A stretch of 64,000 bases of DNA from Candidatus Thermodiscus eudorianus (lineage in GTDB: Archaea > Thermoproteota > Thermoprotei_A > Sulfolobales > Acidilobaceae): the NCBI GenBank assembly GCA_015521085.1, contig WAOW01000003.1, positions 31,904 to 95,903 of the forward strand, in the 5' to 3' direction. A program made the position numbers and the translations under genes. Shown here piece by piece: positions 1-9,141 of the stretch (positions are counted from its first letter, which is position 1; each line of letters starts with the position of its first letter). The notes beneath the pieces were generated by a model. The model was not told the origin of the DNA, searched no databases, and saw only the letters and a program-made list of their open reading frames with translations.

Positions 1-596
1 CCTGTTGAACCGCTGGTCTAGGTAGAAGCCCGTCTTCTGGCCGCGCACCACGTCGACTACAAACCTGGCGCCCCACTCCTCGTGGATCGTCCTGGACTTG
101 GAGCCCCGTATCCACCGCCTCCTCGGCTCAAGCCCTATATCCCTCCTACTACGCTGCGTACTCTTCTCGTAGACCGTATCCACGCCCGTCAACTCTACTA
201 TAGAGTCTGCCAGCTCCTCCACGTGGTAGTCCATGGCTAGGCTACTCGACTGTAGAACCGCTATCTCGCCCCCAAACACGTCTACAATGAGACCCGAGAG
301 ATAGTCCCCATCACTATTAACCAGCCTATAACTCCCCGTCTCCACGAGCCCAACCGCCCTACGGGCCGCGAAAGAGGCCTGGAGCCTATCCCTAAGAGCC
401 TCAGACGGGTCCCTCCACCCGCACTCTCCCCGGGCCAACACCCTGACCGCGACGGGCCCCTCAGGCTCCCACAGCCCACAGGCAACAGGCTCGCCCCTGG
501 GGTCCCTCAGCTCGATGAGGGTCCCCGGCGCGAGCCTGTAAGGCGGGGTGACCCACTTCCTATAGACTACCGCGGAGCCGCTCCTGGCCTTCTCCA
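1..596 (-). CDS. PUA-domain class I SAM-dependent rRNA methyltransferase (RlmI/YwbD-like), N-terminal part; the 3' end runs off the left edge
   Basis: My own minus-strand translation from a TTG at 596 gives MEKARSGSAVVYRKWVTPPYRLAPGTLIELRDPRGEPVACGLWEPEGPVAVRVL...YRLVNSDGDYLSGLIVDVFG...VVRGQKTGFYLDQRFN. This is a PUA-like N-terminus plus the GQKTGFYLDQR motif typical of RlmI-type enzymes. The frame stays open to position 1. It is absent from the ORF track because it is truncated. Confidence 0.7.
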
Positions 597-601
597 ACCC
601 C

Positions 602-988
602 CTACCTTCTACCCGTACCCCTACCGGGTGCAATGCTACCAGTCCTCTTCAAGTGGTAGGCCACGACCGCTGTGACCAGGGCTATGTCACAGTAGTCCTC
701 TAAATTTATAGTACCAGAAGCCAGTGCCGCCCTGAAGTCCCGCACCTGGGCGAGAAGCCTCCGGTTCCCCCTGTATAGCCACAAGGCGATTACCAGGACT
801 AGCACTGCAGAGGCCAGGCCCATGAATCTAACCTCTACGGGGCCCAGCAGGCCCATGGCCAGCGACGCCAAAACCACTACACCACCGACCGCTAGGGTTG
901 CCCTGGCCCTGGAGCCCAGCCAGCTCATTGTATCATCTAGGAGGGAGAGGGCCTCATCCCTCCTGCATGGCAGGGTCTCGGTTATCAC
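602..988 (-). CDS. hypothetical small membrane protein (2 predicted TM helices)
   Basis: 128-aa ORF with two hydrophobic stretches (LAVGGVVVLASLAMGLLG, GLASAVLVLVIALWLY). Its GTG start overlaps the hutI stop (GTGA), and it ends 5 nt before the next gene, so it looks operonic. No recognisable family. Confidence 0.45.
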   Translation of the reverse strand: MITETLPCRRDEALSLLDDTMSWLGSRARATLAVGGVVVLASLAMGLLGPVEVRFMGLASAVLVLVIALWLYRGNRRLLAQVRDFRAALASGTINLEDYCDIALVTAVVAYHLKRTGSIAPGRGTGRR

Positions 989-2259
989 GGGTTCTCAACT
1001 CCCCCTATCAGGTCCCTCACGATGGTCCCTCTGGCGACGACCGTCAACACCCTATCATAGCCCCACTCGTAGCCTATCCACCTGTAGTTGGGCATGTCCC
1101 ACACTACTATGTCGGCGTAGGCTCCCGGGGCTATCCTTCCATGCACGTCGTCGAGGCCCAGGCTCCTGGCCGGGTTTATAGTAGTGGCCGCGAGGGCTTC
1201 TAAGGGGGTCATCCTGTAGAGGTATGTCGAGAGGTCCATCGTGGTTGATAGTATCGGGTTCATGTTGTTGGGGTTGTAGTCGGTTGACACCGCTATGACC
1301 GCGCCAGCCCTCCTCAACTCCTCCACCGGCGGCTTCTTGTCGGAGAACACTGTGAGCATGCTGGTGGGGAGTAGCGTTGCAACCGTGCCCCTCTCGGCCA
1401 GTAGCCTAGCGTTCTCGGGGGGCAGGTACTCCAGGTGGTCCAGGCTGTCGATGGGGTATTCTCCGGCCAGGGCGCTGCAGCCTATGTAGGCTAGCTCGTC
1501 GGCGTGGAGCCTAACCCTATAGCCGTGGCGCAGCCCGGCCTCTATAATCCTCCTAGTCTCCTCCACCGTGAAGACTCCCCGGTCGCAGAAGACGTCAACG
1601 TATACCGGCTTGACCTTCTCCTCCCGGGCCCTGGGGATGAGCTCTCTTATGAAGAGGTCGACATACTCGCCCCGTCTCTCCCTGTACTCCTCGGGGATCA
1701 CGTGGGCTAGGAGCGTCGGCACTATCCGCGGCAGGCCTGGGGCGTCTAGCCCCTCCAGGGCCCTCAGCATCTTCAACTCATACTCCGGGAGTAGCCCGTA
1801 CCCCGTCTTCACCTCGACAACCGTGGTCCCGTGCTCGACCATCAGCCTAAGCCTCTTCAGGGCTAGAGCCCTCAGCTCCCCGACGCTGGCCTCCCTAGTC
1901 GCCCTAACAGTCCTGTATATCCCGCCTCCCCGGGCCAGTATCTCGGCGTAGCTATAGCCTAGGAGTTTGAGCTCGAACTCGTCCTCCCTGCTACCAGCGA
2001 AGACCAGGTGTGTGTGGTTATCCACCAGCCCAGGGGTCGCGAGCCTGCCCCCGGCATCTATCTCGACCGTCCCATTGTAACGGGCTCGTAGGCCGCCGCT
2101 CGGCCCTACGTCGACGATCCTACCGCCCCGGATCGCGACTGCAGCGTTGTGGATTATGCCGGCGGCCTTAGGGTCCCTAGCCCTAGACCCGGGTAGGGGT
2201 CCCTCGCGGAAGGTGACTAGCTCCCCGATATTATGGATTAACAGGTCTACCCTAGGCAT
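985..2259 (-). CDS. hutI: imidazolonepropionase (amidohydrolase superfamily)
   Basis: Motifs DNHTHLVFAGSRE, GGGIYRTVRATR, EVKTGYGL and RLHADEL are typical of HutI. I placed the start at the ATG at 2259 (MPRVDLLIHNIGEL). The ORF-track start at 2343 adds 28 residues with no HutI counterpart. Confidence 0.85.
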   Translation of the reverse strand: MPRVDLLIHNIGELVTFREGPLPGSRARDPKAAGIIHNAAVAIRGGRIVDVGPSGGLRARYNGTVEIDAGGRLATPGLVDNHTHLVFAGSREDEFELKLLGYSYAEILARGGGIYRTVRATREASVGELRALALKRLRLMVEHGTTVVEVKTGYGLLPEYELKMLRALEGLDAPGLPRIVPTLLAHVIPEEYRERRGEYVDLFIRELIPRAREEKVKPVYVDVFCDRGVFTVEETRRIIEAGLRHGYRVRLHADELAYIGCSALAGEYPIDSLDHLEYLPPENARLLAERGTVATLLPTSMLTVFSDKKPPVEELRRAGAVIAVSTDYNPNNMNPILSTTMDLSTYLYRMTPLEALAATTINPARSLGLDDVHGRIAPGAYADIVVWDMPNYRWIGYEWGYDRVLTVVARGTIVRDLIGGVENP

Positions 2260-2355
2260 AGGGGCTTGCCCCGGGGGGAGACCCCCGTGGGTGTAGTTGG
2301 GTCTCTGTACGCCTTTATACGTGAGAGGAAAGAAGGAGGGCACCGGGGGGCCCTG

Positions 2356-2865
2356 TTAGGGTTTAACAGTGGTTCTCTCGCGTAGTATGTTGAGTAGGCC
2401 TCCCTTCTCTATTATGTAGCGGGCGTACCCCGTGGGGGTCTTGCACTTGACCCATACGCCCTTCTCCGGTATCCGTAGGAGGCCCTCGGAGTAGTCCAGC
2501 TCGGCGAGCAGGTCGTTGTCTAGCGTGCTCCTGTCTAGGGTGCACTCTGCTACTGGTAGGGCGTTGTTTACAGCGTTTCTGTAGAAGAGCCTGGCGAAGG
2601 ATTCCGCTACCACCGCCTTTACTCCGGCGGCCTTCAAGGCTATGACTGCCTGCTCCCTGCTGCTCCCCATGCCGAAGTTCTTCCCGGCTATGATTATGAC
2701 CCCCTTCCTCGCCTTCTCGTGGAAGCCCGGGTCTATGGCTTCTAGCGCGTGGCGGGCCAGTACCTCTGGCTTCTTCAACGCTAGGTAGCGGCCTGGTATT
2801 ATCACGTCTGTGTCTATGTTGTCGCCTAGTATGTAGGTGTATCCGGTTATCCTACCGAGCTGCAC
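2356..2865 (-). CDS. leuD: aconitase-family dehydratase small subunit (3-isopropylmalate dehydratase LeuD / homoaconitase HacB type)
   Basis: 169 aa with GDNIDTDVIIPGRYL and GKNFGMGSSREQAVIALK swivel-domain motifs. It lies 3 nt downstream of the large subunit. Confidence 0.85.
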   Translation of the reverse strand: MQLGRITGYTYILGDNIDTDVIIPGRYLALKKPEVLARHALEAIDPGFHEKARKGVIIIAGKNFGMGSSREQAVIALKAAGVKAVVAESFARLFYRNAVNNALPVAECTLDRSTLDNDLLAELDYSEGLLRIPEKGVWVKCKTPTGYARYIIEKGGLLNILRERTTVKP

Positions 2866-2868
2866 CAG

Positions 2869-4134
2869 CTACACCCCCGTGCGTGGATCGGTTATCTCTC
2901 CCCTGAGGGCAGTCGCGGCGGCGACCGCTGGGTTGGAGAGGTATATCTTTGCTGAGGGGTCGCCCATCCTGCCTATGAAGTTGCGGTTGCTCGTCGACAG
3001 GATCACCTCGCCCGGGCCCGCTACGCCGAAGTGGCCTCCCCAGCAGGGGCCGCAGGTTCCATACGTTACCGTGCACCCTGCCGAGGCCAGCGTGTCTACT
3101 ACGCCCTTCCTGAGGAGGCTCAGGTATATCCTCCTGGTGGCCGGTATTGCTATACACCTGACCCTCTCGTGCACTCTACCCCTCTTGAGTATCCTGGCCG
3201 CGGCCTCGAAGTCCTCCTCCCTGCCATTGGTGCAGCTCCCTATGAAGACCTCGTCTACCTCCAAGCCCTCTAGCTCGCTCACGGGCTTCACGTTATCCAG
3301 GCCCGGGGGAGCCGCTATCATGGGTTCTAGCCTGTCCAGCTCGATCGTCAGCTCGTCCCGGTAGTAGGCTCCCTTGTCGGGGTGCAGCTCCCTAACACTG
3401 ATGCCCATCCCCCTATAGTGCTCGATGGCCACCTGGTCGACCTCGAAGAGCCCGGCCTTGGCCCCCATCTCGACGCTCATATTGGAGACAGTCAACCTGT
3501 CGGCCATCGGGATCCCCCTGAGCCCCTCGCCGGTGAACTCTAGGGCCTTGTAGTTCGCCCACGTCAACCCAACCATGCCTATCAAGGCTAGTACAATATC
3601 CTTCCCGTAAACCCACTCCCGCAGCCTCCCCGCAAGCTCCACCCTGTAGGACTCCGGTATCTTCATCCAAGTCTCGCCAGTCACTATAGCGTAGGCTATG
3701 TCGGTGGACCCAATACCCGTGGCGAACGCCCCGGCGGCTCCCAGGGTCACTGTGTGGCTGTCGCTTGCTATGAAGAAGTCCCAGGGCTTCACCAGCGCCT
3801 CCTCGAAGACCACCTGGTGCATTATGCCATAGCCGACGTCGTAGAACATCTTTATACCATGTCTCCGGGCGAAGTCCCTGAGCTGCTTGTGTATCTTCGC
3901 GTAGAGCGGTGAAGGCGGCGGGGCCGCGTGGTCTATGAATATAGCCGTCCTGTCGGCCGCCTTGAGTTCTTTGACGGCGAGCGACTCTATTATGTCAACG
4001 ACTACATGGCCCAGTATATCGTGCATTCCGATCAGGTCTGGCTCCACCGTGACTATCTCTCCCGGAGCAGCCTCCTTCCCCGGGAGCTTTCTTGCAAAGA
4101 GCTTCTCAGTCATAGTACGCCTGTCCATGGCCAT
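2869..4134 (-). CDS. leuC: aconitase-family dehydratase large subunit (LeuC / HacA type)
   Basis: 421 aa with IASDSHT, FIGSCTNGR and STSNRNFIGRMG Fe-S/aconitase motifs. The start overlaps the stop of the upstream synthase gene. Confidence 0.85.
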   Translation of the reverse strand: MAMDRRTMTEKLFARKLPGKEAAPGEIVTVEPDLIGMHDILGHVVVDIIESLAVKELKAADRTAIFIDHAAPPPSPLYAKIHKQLRDFARRHGIKMFYDVGYGIMHQVVFEEALVKPWDFFIASDSHTVTLGAAGAFATGIGSTDIAYAIVTGETWMKIPESYRVELAGRLREWVYGKDIVLALIGMVGLTWANYKALEFTGEGLRGIPMADRLTVSNMSVEMGAKAGLFEVDQVAIEHYRGMGISVRELHPDKGAYYRDELTIELDRLEPMIAAPPGLDNVKPVSELEGLEVDEVFIGSCTNGREEDFEAAARILKRGRVHERVRCIAIPATRRIYLSLLRKGVVDTLASAGCTVTYGTCGPCWGGHFGVAGPGEVILSTSNRNFIGRMGDPSAKIYLSNPAVAAATALRGEITDPRTGV

Positions 4135-5252
4135 CAGCCAGACCTCAATTCCTCCAGGAACCTTACCAGGTCGTCGACACTATAGTCGTCGACGCCCTTA
4201 GCCCTACGCCTCACGAGCCTCGCCAACTCCCTGGCCTCCTCATCGCTAACCTCTATACCCCTACTCGACAAGGCGTACTTCACAGACTTGGCCCCGGTTA
4301 GAGTGCCGAACCTAACAACCCGCTGGCCCCCGAATATCGAGGGGTCGAAGGCCTCAAAGGAGCCCGGGTACCTGAATGTAGAGTACACGTGTATGTCGGA
4401 GACGTGTAGGTAGGCGTAGTCGCCTATGACGGGCTTCAACGGGTACGGCTTGACCCCCATGACCTCCAGGGCCTTCCTGACCAGCGGGATCAGCTTCCCG
4501 TACTCTATGTTGGTTTCGAAGAGGCCCTTCACCCTGGCTATAGCCGCCAGCTCCTCTAGAGGGGTGTTCCCCAGCCTCTCGCCTATCCCGCCTATAGTCA
4601 CCTGTATCTCCGTTGCACCGGCCTTTATCCCGGCCAGCGCGTTGCACGTCGCCAGGCCCAGGTCGTTGTGGAGGTGCAGGCCGACCCTCTCGAAGCCCTC
4701 GTCGAGCACAACGGATACGATCCCGGCTATCTCGTCTGGAACGCCGACGCCTATCGTGTCGGCCAAGACGATCTCCTCCGCCCCCTTCCTCAACGCGATC
4801 CCGGCTATGCGGCGCAGAACCTCCTCCCGGGCCCTGACCGCGTCGGTGACTGCGACATAGACCCGGAGGCCCAGGCCATTACCATACTCTATGGCGTGCT
4901 CTAGTCTAGACATCGCGTCGCTCCAGGAGACGCCCATGATCGCTGCTAGCTGGCTGTCGGAGCCGGGTATAAAGACCTGGACTATATCGGCCCCAGCCTC
5001 CTTCACGAGCTGTATATCCTTCTCGACGGACCTCGCGAACCCGCTGAGCTCGACGCGCGACACGAACTCTCTAGCCTTCTTCATGACCTCTACATCCCTT
5101 GGATCGGCCCTCGGGAAGCCCGCCTCGACCGCGTCGACGCCCAGCTCGTCCAGTATCCTTATGACCTCGATCTTCACATCAGGCGTTATCCGCGCCACAG
5201 GCGACTGGGTGCCCTCGCGGAGAGTGGTATCGTAGAGCCTAACCTTGGCCAT
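4134..5252 (-). CDS. DRE-TIM metallolyase: 2-isopropylmalate / homocitrate / citramalate synthase family, short form without LeuA regulatory domain
   Basis: 372 aa with an N-terminal LYDTTLREGTQSP and the metal-binding HLHNDLGLATCNALAG. The exact substrate cannot be decided from sequence alone. Confidence 0.8.
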   Translation of the reverse strand: MAKVRLYDTTLREGTQSPVARITPDVKIEVIRILDELGVDAVEAGFPRADPRDVEVMKKAREFVSRVELSGFARSVEKDIQLVKEAGADIVQVFIPGSDSQLAAIMGVSWSDAMSRLEHAIEYGNGLGLRVYVAVTDAVRAREEVLRRIAGIALRKGAEEIVLADTIGVGVPDEIAGIVSVVLDEGFERVGLHLHNDLGLATCNALAGIKAGATEIQVTIGGIGERLGNTPLEELAAIARVKGLFETNIEYGKLIPLVRKALEVMGVKPYPLKPVIGDYAYLHVSDIHVYSTFRYPGSFEAFDPSIFGGQRVVRFGTLTGAKSVKYALSSRGIEVSDEEARELARLVRRRAKGVDDYSVDDLVRFLEELRSG

Positions 5253-6423
5253 GGATGTACACCACCCCCTTGCGGGCCAGGGCCTCTATCTCCCCCATAC
5301 TGTATCCGAGGCTTGATAGAACCTCCACCGTGTGCTCGCCTGGATGCGGGGGTCGGCCTGGCGGGTTCACTGTGAAGCCCCTGGTTAGGAGTGGTGACGT
5401 GATGTAGAGGAGTTCCTCTCCCCTCAGCCCTAGCCCCTTGCGTAGTATGCCCCTCTCAACCAGGTACTCGTCCCTGGCCACCTCTCCCACGTTCCTTATT
5501 GGGGCCACCGGCACGCCGGCCTGGGTTAGCTTCTCGACGATATAGTCTCTCTCAAGGCCCTGGAGGCGGGCCTGTATGATCGACTCTAGCTCCTTCTTGT
5601 GCCTGGCCCTCCCCTGGTTGGTCTTGAACCTCTCATCGGCTAGGAGGTCGTCGAAGCCGAGGGCTTGGCAGAACCTGGCCCAGTGCTTGTCGCTCGTGAC
5701 TCCTATGAAGACCCATCCGTCCCTGGCCTTGAAGGCCCGGTAGGGTGCCCAGACGGCGTGGCCCGAGCCTATGGGCTCTGGCTCCCTTCCTATCACCTGC
5801 ACGTAGGTCACCCAGTATGCCATTATGCTTACGAGGCTGTCGTAGAGTGGTGCTTCTATGAATGTGGGCCTGTTGTCCCTGTAGAGTGCTAGTATGGCTT
5901 GTAGGACCCCGTATAGCCCGGCTAGCATGTCTGCTATACTGGTCCCGACCCTTACGGGCTCGCCGCCTGGGTGGCCGGTGACCCTCATGAGGCCCGATAG
6001 GGCTTGGGCTACCACGTCGAGGGCCGGCCTCTTCTCGTGTATCCCCTTCCCGAAGCCCTTGATAGAGACGTATATTACCTTGTCGTTGTACTTGACCACG
6101 TCATCGTAGCCTATGCCCAGCTTCTCTACGACCCCGGGACCCATGTTCTCCACTATGATATCGACCTTGGAGGCGAGCCTCAGGTATGCCTCCCTGCCGC
6201 GCTCGTCCTTCAGGTTGATCACCACGCTCTTCTTGCCCCTGTTGAGGGCGTAGAAGATGCTCGGCCCCTGGTCCGGCAGGTCCCTGGCTATCTCTCCACC
6301 CGGCTTCTCGACCTTTATGACCTCGCTTCCTAGATCGTGTAGTATCATTCCGGCGAAGGGGGCCGCGACTATGTGGCCCAGCTCAAGTACCCTAACCCCC
6401 TTTAGTGGAGGAACTTCCTGCAT
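5239..6423 (-). CDS. family III CoA-transferase (CaiB/BaiF type)
   Basis: 394 aa with the N-terminal GVRVLELGHIVAAPFAGMILHDLGSEVIKVEKPGG signature. Overlaps the downstream synthase gene by 14 nt. Confidence 0.8.
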   Translation of the reverse strand: MQEVPPLKGVRVLELGHIVAAPFAGMILHDLGSEVIKVEKPGGEIARDLPDQGPSIFYALNRGKKSVVINLKDERGREAYLRLASKVDIIVENMGPGVVEKLGIGYDDVVKYNDKVIYVSIKGFGKGIHEKRPALDVVAQALSGLMRVTGHPGGEPVRVGTSIADMLAGLYGVLQAILALYRDNRPTFIEAPLYDSLVSIMAYWVTYVQVIGREPEPIGSGHAVWAPYRAFKARDGWVFIGVTSDKHWARFCQALGFDDLLADERFKTNQGRARHKKELESIIQARLQGLERDYIVEKLTQAGVPVAPIRNVGEVARDEYLVERGILRKGLGLRGEELLYITSPLLTRGFTVNPPGRPPHPGEHTVEVLSSLGYSMGEIEALARKGVVYIHGQG

Positions 6424-6436
6424 GATAGAAGCCCTC

Positions 6437-6450
6437 GTATCTATTATACC
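6437..6450 (-). promoter_or_regulatory. TATA-like box (GGTATAATAGATAC on the minus strand) about 20 nt upstream of the CoA-transferase ATG; probably a leaderless operon promoter
   Basis: AT-rich box in an otherwise GC-rich spacer. The spacing to the start codon at 6423 fits archaeal leaderless transcripts. Confidence 0.4.
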
Positions 6451-6507
6451 GTGCGCGAAGTTATATTAGGTGGTCTTAAAACATGTTAAAGAGAGTATAC
6501 GGTGGGA

Positions 6508-7227
6508 TCAATCCTCCAATAGCCCATACTTGGACTCCAGGACCTCGAATATCTTCTTCTCCGCCATCCTTATATGGTATGAGAGGGTCGCCTTGGATAT
6601 AGCATGTTTCTCGGCTATCTTCGCCAGGTCGCTCCTCCTAGGCCACTCGAAGAACCCCTCCCTCAGGGCGTCCTTCATCAAGAGCCTCTCCATGCTCGTC
6701 AGCCTACTCAGTATATCCACCTTCACGAAGGAGAAGGGCACGTGCAAGCCCGTCGTGCTCACGGGGCCAGCTATCCCCTCGTCGGAGAGCGTGTATATCG
6801 AGACGCTCATACCCCTCCTCTCAAGGTTCTCGCTCACCTGCCTCTTGAACAGCTTCATGTTACTGGATGGGAGTACGACGTTGAAGCGCTTCACGCCGCC
6901 CCTTATTATTATCGACGAGGCGAGGAGTCCCTGGGAGCCGTGTATCGTCTTCAGTATACCACTGCTCTCCTTCACCATATAGATCCACGCGCTATCCCTG
7001 TCGCGGTAGAGGACGTGGTACCTCTTTACAGCGCTGCTCTCCCTGAGCATCCTCAGGAATTCCCTCATGTTCCTGCCCTTGACCCAGAGGAGTAGTAGGC
7101 TGTCGTCCCCCTGTAGGGCGGCGCTGGTTATCTCTATGTAAGAGCCTAGCTCTCTAGTCGCGTCTGCTAGCGGGCAGTTCCTCTGGTCCACGTCTATCCT
7201 TAGTAGTTTGAGCTTGCTGGAGGTCAT
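6508..7227 (-). CDS. HTH_10 (bacterio-opsin-activator-type) transcriptional regulator
   Basis: 239 aa with the C-terminal LTSMERLLMKDALREGFFEWPRRSDLAKIAEKHAISKATLSYHIRMAEKKI helix-turn-helix. Divergent from the transporter pair. Confidence 0.7.
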   Translation of the reverse strand: MTSSKLKLLRIDVDQRNCPLADATRELGSYIEITSAALQGDDSLLLLWVKGRNMREFLRMLRESSAVKRYHVLYRDRDSAWIYMVKESSGILKTIHGSQGLLASSIIIRGGVKRFNVVLPSSNMKLFKRQVSENLERRGMSVSIYTLSDEGIAGPVSTTGLHVPFSFVKVDILSRLTSMERLLMKDALREGFFEWPRRSDLAKIAEKHAISKATLSYHIRMAEKKIFEVLESKYGLLED

Positions 7228-7278
7228 GCAGTCACCACTCCTAGTATAGGGATCTGTGCCTCGTAGTTATGCTCGAAT

Positions 7279-7292
7279 TCAAACATGTTTGA
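7279..7292. promoter_or_regulatory. perfect 14-bp palindrome TCAAACATGTTTGA in the divergent regulator/transporter spacer; candidate operator
   Basis: Read directly from the sequence. The core AAACATGTT recurs at 6479-6487 in the promoter region of the CoA-transferase operon. Confidence 0.45.
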
Positions 7293-7354
7293 TATCCAGG
7301 ATTAAAACTATTATCGATTGCAATTACCTAACAGATAATCCCCTAATAGTGGGT

Positions 7355-7609
7355 ATGGTGGTTTCTATGCCGGAGGGTTTTAAGCCCAAGGAACCGTCCC
7401 GTTACCCATGGGTCTTCATACTACTACTAGTGATAACCATCCTGACCATCCCATGGTACACCCAGGGGCCCGAGTACAGCAAGCTATACCTATCGATACC
7501 GCTATGGGTCTGGGTAGTGCTCTTCTGGACGATAGTACTAGCGGTCTCGATCATGGCGGTAGCCCACTACTTCTGGAACCTAGAGCCGCCTAGGGAGGGT
7601 GAGGCGTGA
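7355..7609 (+). CDS. small 2-TM membrane protein, DUF3311-like accessory subunit of SSF transporters
   Basis: Two hydrophobic helices (PWVFILLLVITILTIPWY, LWVWVVLFWTIVLAVSIMAV). The stop overlaps the symporter start (ATGA). I placed the start at the ATG at 7355; 7367 is also possible. The track start at 7256 (GTG) lies in the AT-rich promoter. Confidence 0.6.
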   Translation: MVVSMPEGFKPKEPSRYPWVFILLLVITILTIPWYTQGPEYSKLYLSIPLWVWVVLFWTIVLAVSIMAVAHYFWNLEPPREGEA

Positions 7610-9096
7610 TGGCCCAGACGAGCAACATGGGAGTATACGTCCTGATAGGCGTCATAATCTACTCGATAATACTACTAGTGCTAGGATACATCTACAGGCA
7701 GAGGAAGCTCACGCTAAAAGACTACTTCCTCGGCGGCAAGGCCACCGGGGCGCTATTCCTCTTCTTCACACTCTACGCGACCCAGTACAGCGGCAACACC
7801 TTCGTATCCTACGCTGGCAAAGCGTATAGGATAGGCTTCTGGTGGGTGATATCAGTCCCATTCTTCCTAATGATATACCTGACATACCTATGGTTCGCGC
7901 CGAGGCTATACGTGATCTCCAAGAAGAGAGAATACATAACGCCGGCAGACTTCATAAAGGACCGGTTCAACAGCCCGCTAGCAGCCCTTATAGCATCACT
8001 CCTAATGCTCTATGGGCTGAGCAACTACCTCCTCGAACAGGTCACATCCATGGGGCACGCCTTCGAGGGCATAACAGAGGGCCTAGTCCCCTACTGGGCC
8101 GGAGCCCTATTCCTGGTAGCAGTGATGGTAGTCTACGAGTGGCTCGGCGGCTGGAAGGGAGTCGTGTGGACCGACTTCATACAGGGAGCCATAATGGTGA
8201 CAGGCCTAATAGCCGTAATGGCCATCATGGCATTCAAGTACCCGCTCGGCCCCGCCGTGAAGGCGTGGCTGGCCAGCGAGAAGACCGCCAAGTTCATCCA
8301 CCCGCCCGTCAAGAAGTGGATACAGACCTGGGTCCTCATCTACATACTCGTCGGGATAGGGGCAGCCGTGTACCCGCAGGCCATACAGAGGATATACGCG
8401 GCCAAGGACGAGAAGACCCTTAAGAGGTCTATCTCGGGCCTGGCGTTCATGCCACTGATAACCCCGCTGGCAATCCTACTGATAGGCATTGAGGCCCGCT
8501 ACTACTTCCCGGGTCTCAGCAAGATAGAGAGCGATAAGGCCTTCCCACTCTTCATGTCCATGCTCGCCAACGAGGGAGTGATATACTTCATAATAACCCT
8601 GATAATGTTCATGGCAGTACTCGCAGCCATACAATCCACGGCCGACTCGGTGCTGCTAAGCATAGGATCCATGCTCTCAAAGGACATCTACAAGGAGTGG
8701 GTCAACCGGGAGGCCGACGAGAAGAGGGCCACCCTCGTGGGTAAGATCACGGCGGTCATACTCATAGCGATAATATTCCTAGTGGGGATGGTGCCCAGGA
8801 CCACGCTATGGCACCTAACAGAGATAAAGTTCGAGGTCCTAATACAGGCGGCTCCAGCCTTCCTACTGGGACTCTACTGGAAGAGGATGGCCAGGGTGCC
8901 CACCATACTAGGCATGATAGTGGGCGCCTCTGTGGCCGTCGGGATGAAGCTGACGATAGGGAAGTACCTCGGCGTCTACGAGGGCCTATGGGGCCTACTA
9001 GTAAACCTACTGATCGTGATAATAGGCAGCCTCCTAGTCAAGGACGAGGAGTCCATAAAGAAGGCCGAGGAGCTCTTCAGCCTAATACCCAGGTAG
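7606..9096 (+). CDS. sodium:solute symporter family (SSF) transporter
   Basis: 496 aa, roughly 13 hydrophobic segments, SSF-like N-terminal region (GGKATGALFLFFTLYATQYSGNTF). The substrate is unknown; histidine or a Hut intermediate is suggested only by context. Confidence 0.8.
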   Translation: MMAQTSNMGVYVLIGVIIYSIILLVLGYIYRQRKLTLKDYFLGGKATGALFLFFTLYATQYSGNTFVSYAGKAYRIGFWWVISVPFFLMIYLTYLWFAPRLYVISKKREYITPADFIKDRFNSPLAALIASLLMLYGLSNYLLEQVTSMGHAFEGITEGLVPYWAGALFLVAVMVVYEWLGGWKGVVWTDFIQGAIMVTGLIAVMAIMAFKYPLGPAVKAWLASEKTAKFIHPPVKKWIQTWVLIYILVGIGAAVYPQAIQRIYAAKDEKTLKRSISGLAFMPLITPLAILLIGIEARYYFPGLSKIESDKAFPLFMSMLANEGVIYFIITLIMFMAVLAAIQSTADSVLLSIGSMLSKDIYKEWVNREADEKRATLVGKITAVILIAIIFLVGMVPRTTLWHLTEIKFEVLIQAAPAFLLGLYWKRMARVPTILGMIVGASVAVGMKLTIGKYLGVYEGLWGLLVNLLIVIIGSLLVKDEESIKKAEELFSLIPR

Positions 9097-9136
9097 CGTG
9101 GCGCCGGAGGGAAACCCCACACCATATAAACCCACG

Positions 9137-9141
9137 TTTTT
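9137..9141 (+). terminator. oligo-T (T5) archaeal-type terminator candidate about 40 nt after the symporter stop
   Basis: The sequence cccacgTTTTTacc lies in the convergent spacer. Confidence 0.35.

Noticed and set aside
7256-7354. Longer GTG-initiated version of the DUF3311-like ORF
   Set aside because: The extension lies in the AT-rich divergent promoter, covers the 14-bp palindrome and encodes a non-hydrophobic, low-quality peptide. Internal ATGs at 7355 and 7367 precede the two TM helices.
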